A stretch of DNA of 10,737 bases from Amoeboaphelidium protococcarum X5 (Eukaryota; Fungi; Aphelidiomycota), in assembly GCA_023515725.1 (NCBI GenBank), contig JALDTO010000090.1, positions 1-10,737 on the forward strand, in the 5' to 3' direction. Below are positions 7,790 to 10,737 of this stretch, piece after piece. The translations under genes were made by a program, and so were the position numbers. The stretch's first letter is position 1, and every line of letters begins with the position of its first letter. Below the pieces are notes generated by a model. The model ran no database searches, was not told where the DNA came from, and worked only from the letters and a program-made list of their open reading frames with translations.

Positions 7790-9850
7790 TATAGACTCCG
7801 AGATCGTTTGCTACTTACATAATCAATCGTGATTCGTTACGGGTATGGTACGCAGGTGATGACTGGACTTGCATACACTAGTGGAGCTCTAATAGCAGAG
7901 CGGCAGTGCCTTTCACAAATAATCAGGAGGTTAAGATCGTTTGAGTGTGATAAGCGTAATATCGTAAACGCAATTGTGGTCAAAAGATACTATCTGAGTA
8001 AGTTATTGCTGGACGAGGTGAAACAAAGTACTGTATGACAATTTGATCAGCAGACAAGCGTGAGGTAGTATTCTTCTTATTACAACGAGTAAATTACTTT
8101 AGAATTCGCCATGAATCGCCTCCACCACTTTGGCCAAAGATATCATAGTTTTATCAATTTATATCATCCTACTGATGAAACTGAAATATGAAAAATAGAC
8201 TCGTAACTGTTAAGGTGCCTATTGAAAAGATTGCTCATACTCTTAACGATGTGTATCTCCGACATTTGATGGAGTTTTGCGAAAACGTGTAGCTACTCAT
8301 TGCTGAAGGTGCTGTATTACTGAAGATTTACAATAACTACTGTGAGTTCTGATTTGTATGACACAACAGTGAAAGACATATTTTTGTCCTGCGGAGTTTA
8401 GGTGGATATGCTTTGCCAGGGGATACAAGTCCGTCCAGCCAGAGGGAAAGTGACGACCTGCATCGACAAGCTTGGGACTCTTGGAAGCAAGCACGCGGGA
8501 CTATGATACCTTTCGGGCGTATATACGCGATAGATGGATTAATAGTGTGCGTGAAATTGCTAGAGACTACATTTATAGCTGCAAAGTCCATATAGACGTC
8601 AATGTGTTCTGCAGGATTAAAAGTTATTTCACTATCTCGGTGAGACTGGCGGGTAACGAGAATAAGATTAAGCAGAAGCAGCTAGTAAGCTTTTGGCTAT
8701 CAAATATCTGCACCAAAATCTTGGTCTCTTTGGACGATACTAATATTCTGCAGTACATGAAATATGGCGCGACTAACCCCCAAGTCAATTTGCGTAGACG
8801 GCTGAATAGTATATACCAATCTGAGAACCATTACGCAAGTATGACGACTGATCAACGTGCTCCTATTCCGCTCTCAGATTCAACTTAATCCAATCCGCTT
8901 GATCTCGTGGTGTCAGATCTAAATCCGTGCAATATCCGCTCCTTTCATGGATTTAAATACGTGATGACATTGATGGATATGGTCATCGTGAAACTATGGT
9001 CTTATATGCTAAAGAACAAGTCGGAAGCATTTGGCCACCTCAATTTACTGTTCTTTTTACTGATATCGCCGATGCCAATTGGGGAACTTATCTAAGATTG
9101 ATGAACTTCCTCCAACCATTTGATCATGCCAATTCATTGCCTATGTTTGATCTACTGTATGTCCTGATCGGAAATTGTCACTTTTCCATGTTACGTTTAA
9201 ATAAATATATTGCAGAGACTACAGTTATTTTTGGTAAAAGTAGGCATGAGCAAAGACAATTTCCCCTCCATCTTTGATATATCTGTGCTGGGTGGTAAAA
9301 AAGCCGTGCAAGGAGTTATATACTGATATGTATACTGTATCAATCCTAATCCATCGTAAGAATTTTTAGAAGTAATAATTCAGCAGCATGTGGAAGGTCT
9401 ATGTACCAATGTAACGCAGCTCGCGTCAAATTATTTTAGAGAAGTAGGCCTAGGTGTTGGAATTGAAATTACCAATGGTGAGACAGAAGCTGATACTTCA
9501 GACTTCCTAAGCTTTAAACCGGACACAGGTAAAGGAAGAGCTCTGGTGCAAAAAAAAGTGGAGACTCTTCTTGTCTGTATGGTCTTATGGATTTTGTCAA
9601 GTAGATTGCGAAGTTTGAATTTGGAGAAGATGCCCATAGAAAGAATTGGCCACATCTGGATCTTAAAGACCAAGGAAATCACTGCGGTAAATGAACCAGT
9701 CAAAGGATTTTCCAGATGGTGATATTGCTCCTGAAGATGATCTTTAGAATGATACTACTACTTTCATTGATGATGCCTCTGATTCTTCTGATGATTTTGA
9801 GAACATGCAGGATGATTTACATGAAAAAACTGTGCGGGGACGTAGTTCAA
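7790..9850 (+). mobile_element. Degenerate Ty1/copia LTR-retrotransposon relic (gag-like, protease, GAG-pre-integrase, integrase); boundaries approximate
   Basis: Clear integrase N-core PLDLVVSDLNPCNIRSFHGFKYVMTLMD...KLWSYMLKNKSEAF (about 8895-9032). Upstream are NLRRRLN (decayed LWHxRLGH) and a frameshifted protease D-S-G (GAC TCT t GGA, 8476-8485), in copia order PR-INT. Weak gag-like sequence at 7830-8040, integrase C-terminal-like NYFRE...KPD (about 9430-9525) and an acidic spacer (9710-9830). Many frameshifts and TGA stops; no RT, RNase H or LTR recognised. Confidence 0.75.
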
Positions 9851-9975
9851 GACGAGATTATTCAAAATGACCCGGGCCAATGCTATAATTTTGTGGTTTT
9901 TTTGTTGATTAAAGTAGATTCTTGCCTGTTAAGTAAGTTTAACAACGCAAAACATTGCTTTTATGTCTTTCACAC

Positions 9976-10431
9976 TAGCATTTGACCCAGACCACGTCCA
10001 GGCCAGGTCCTTAGACTGTCCGTCTCTGAACCGGTCAAGCTGTTGTCACCGTCGATCAACTTCTCGTTCGTTAGTTGCTTGCACGAGTCGCTGTGAGACT
10101 TATCGGCGCTAGCGAATGTTGCGTTACATCGCTAATCCGAAGGTTTCTAGTGTCTGAGAGGCAAAGTTCTAAATCCGATAACGAACTAGTAAAATTGTCA
10201 AAGGCATTGCGGTGTAAAGGCTCAAGCCTGTCGCTCCTAAACGGGTAGTAAGGACCTCTTATGTCTGCTGCAACGAACTATGTGCGGCAGATCCAGGTTC
10301 AGTGATGTTCATTGCTTGCAGTTTGTGCATTCTAATGAACATAGCGCATCATTCCCCGGCCTTTGGGCCAAACCCGACGTCATTAGAGGCTTTCAGTGGC
10401 CACTTTAGTGTGGTAAGCCCGACGTATTTTT
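9976..10431 (+). ncRNA. Candidate structured non-coding RNA (or structured TE terminus), family unidentified
   Basis: GC-richer than its flanks, with at least nine stems visible by eye. G-U pairs favour the + strand. No T4 run occurs until TTTTT 10427-10431, right after the final hairpin. No diagnostic motif of a known RNA family recognised. Confidence 0.4.
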
Positions 10432-10737
10432 CGAAAATAATGTCATTAAATATTAGGAGATAAAGACTGTATGTTGCGTAGAGTATTCTGTCCACTGAGA
10501 GACTCCCTTCCCTGTTAGCAGACACGTCGATCAAGTATCAACAGCTGACTCTGTGGGGCTTAGATGATCAACAATGTTTCAAGTGCGCGCCTCTCTCATC
10601 ATTGACGTCTCGAATAGGCAAGTATCTGCAGTATATATGCGCGCCATTTATGAACATTGAATTCTTCCACTTAACGTGTTAATAGAGTATTTATCTTATT
10701 AACATATTTTATCTTCCTGTACTTCTGTTGGTGTCTC

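Noticed and set aside
8297-9985. Short track ORFs inside the retroelement region as independent genes
   Set aside because: Fragments, antisense or alternate frames of decayed gag-pol.
10046-10534. Minus-strand ORFs 10349-10534 and 10046-10342 (98 aa with TAR=Gln)
   Set aside because: No recognisable motifs; with a single stop codon, ORFs of this length arise readily by chance.
10599-10737. RDVN (10612-10601, - strand) as a Fanzor/TnpB RuvC-III motif, or a gene 3' end entering from the right
   Set aside because: No CxxC zinc finger or following AAxNI, and the nearby structured segment folds better on the opposite strand. Too little sequence to support a CDS.

Overview
Compact eukaryotic nuclear DNA that uses a non-standard genetic code: TAA/TAG = Gln, and TGA is the only stop. 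The supplied ORF track therefore fragments the real genes. Read in that code, 1-7571 holds eight tightly packed genes: RRS1; a probable mitoribosomal mS34; a fimbrin-type CH-CH plus long coiled-coil protein; an orphan acidic protein with KEN, D-box and NES-like motifs; profilin; Csm3/Swi3/Tipin; an ICE2-like polytopic membrane protein; and AP-3 sigma. They contain 11 short introns (53-69 nt) that share an unusual extended 3' splice site, TGTAG. About 7790-9850 is a decayed Ty1/copia gag-pol relic with no RT or LTR seen. 9976-10431 is an unexplained, hairpin-dense, apparently non-coding segment ending in T5 (candidate structured RNA). Fungal-like proteins plus TAR=Gln suggest an aphelid such as Amoeboaphelidium protococcarum (inference). 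All translations and family calls were made by eye, without database searches.
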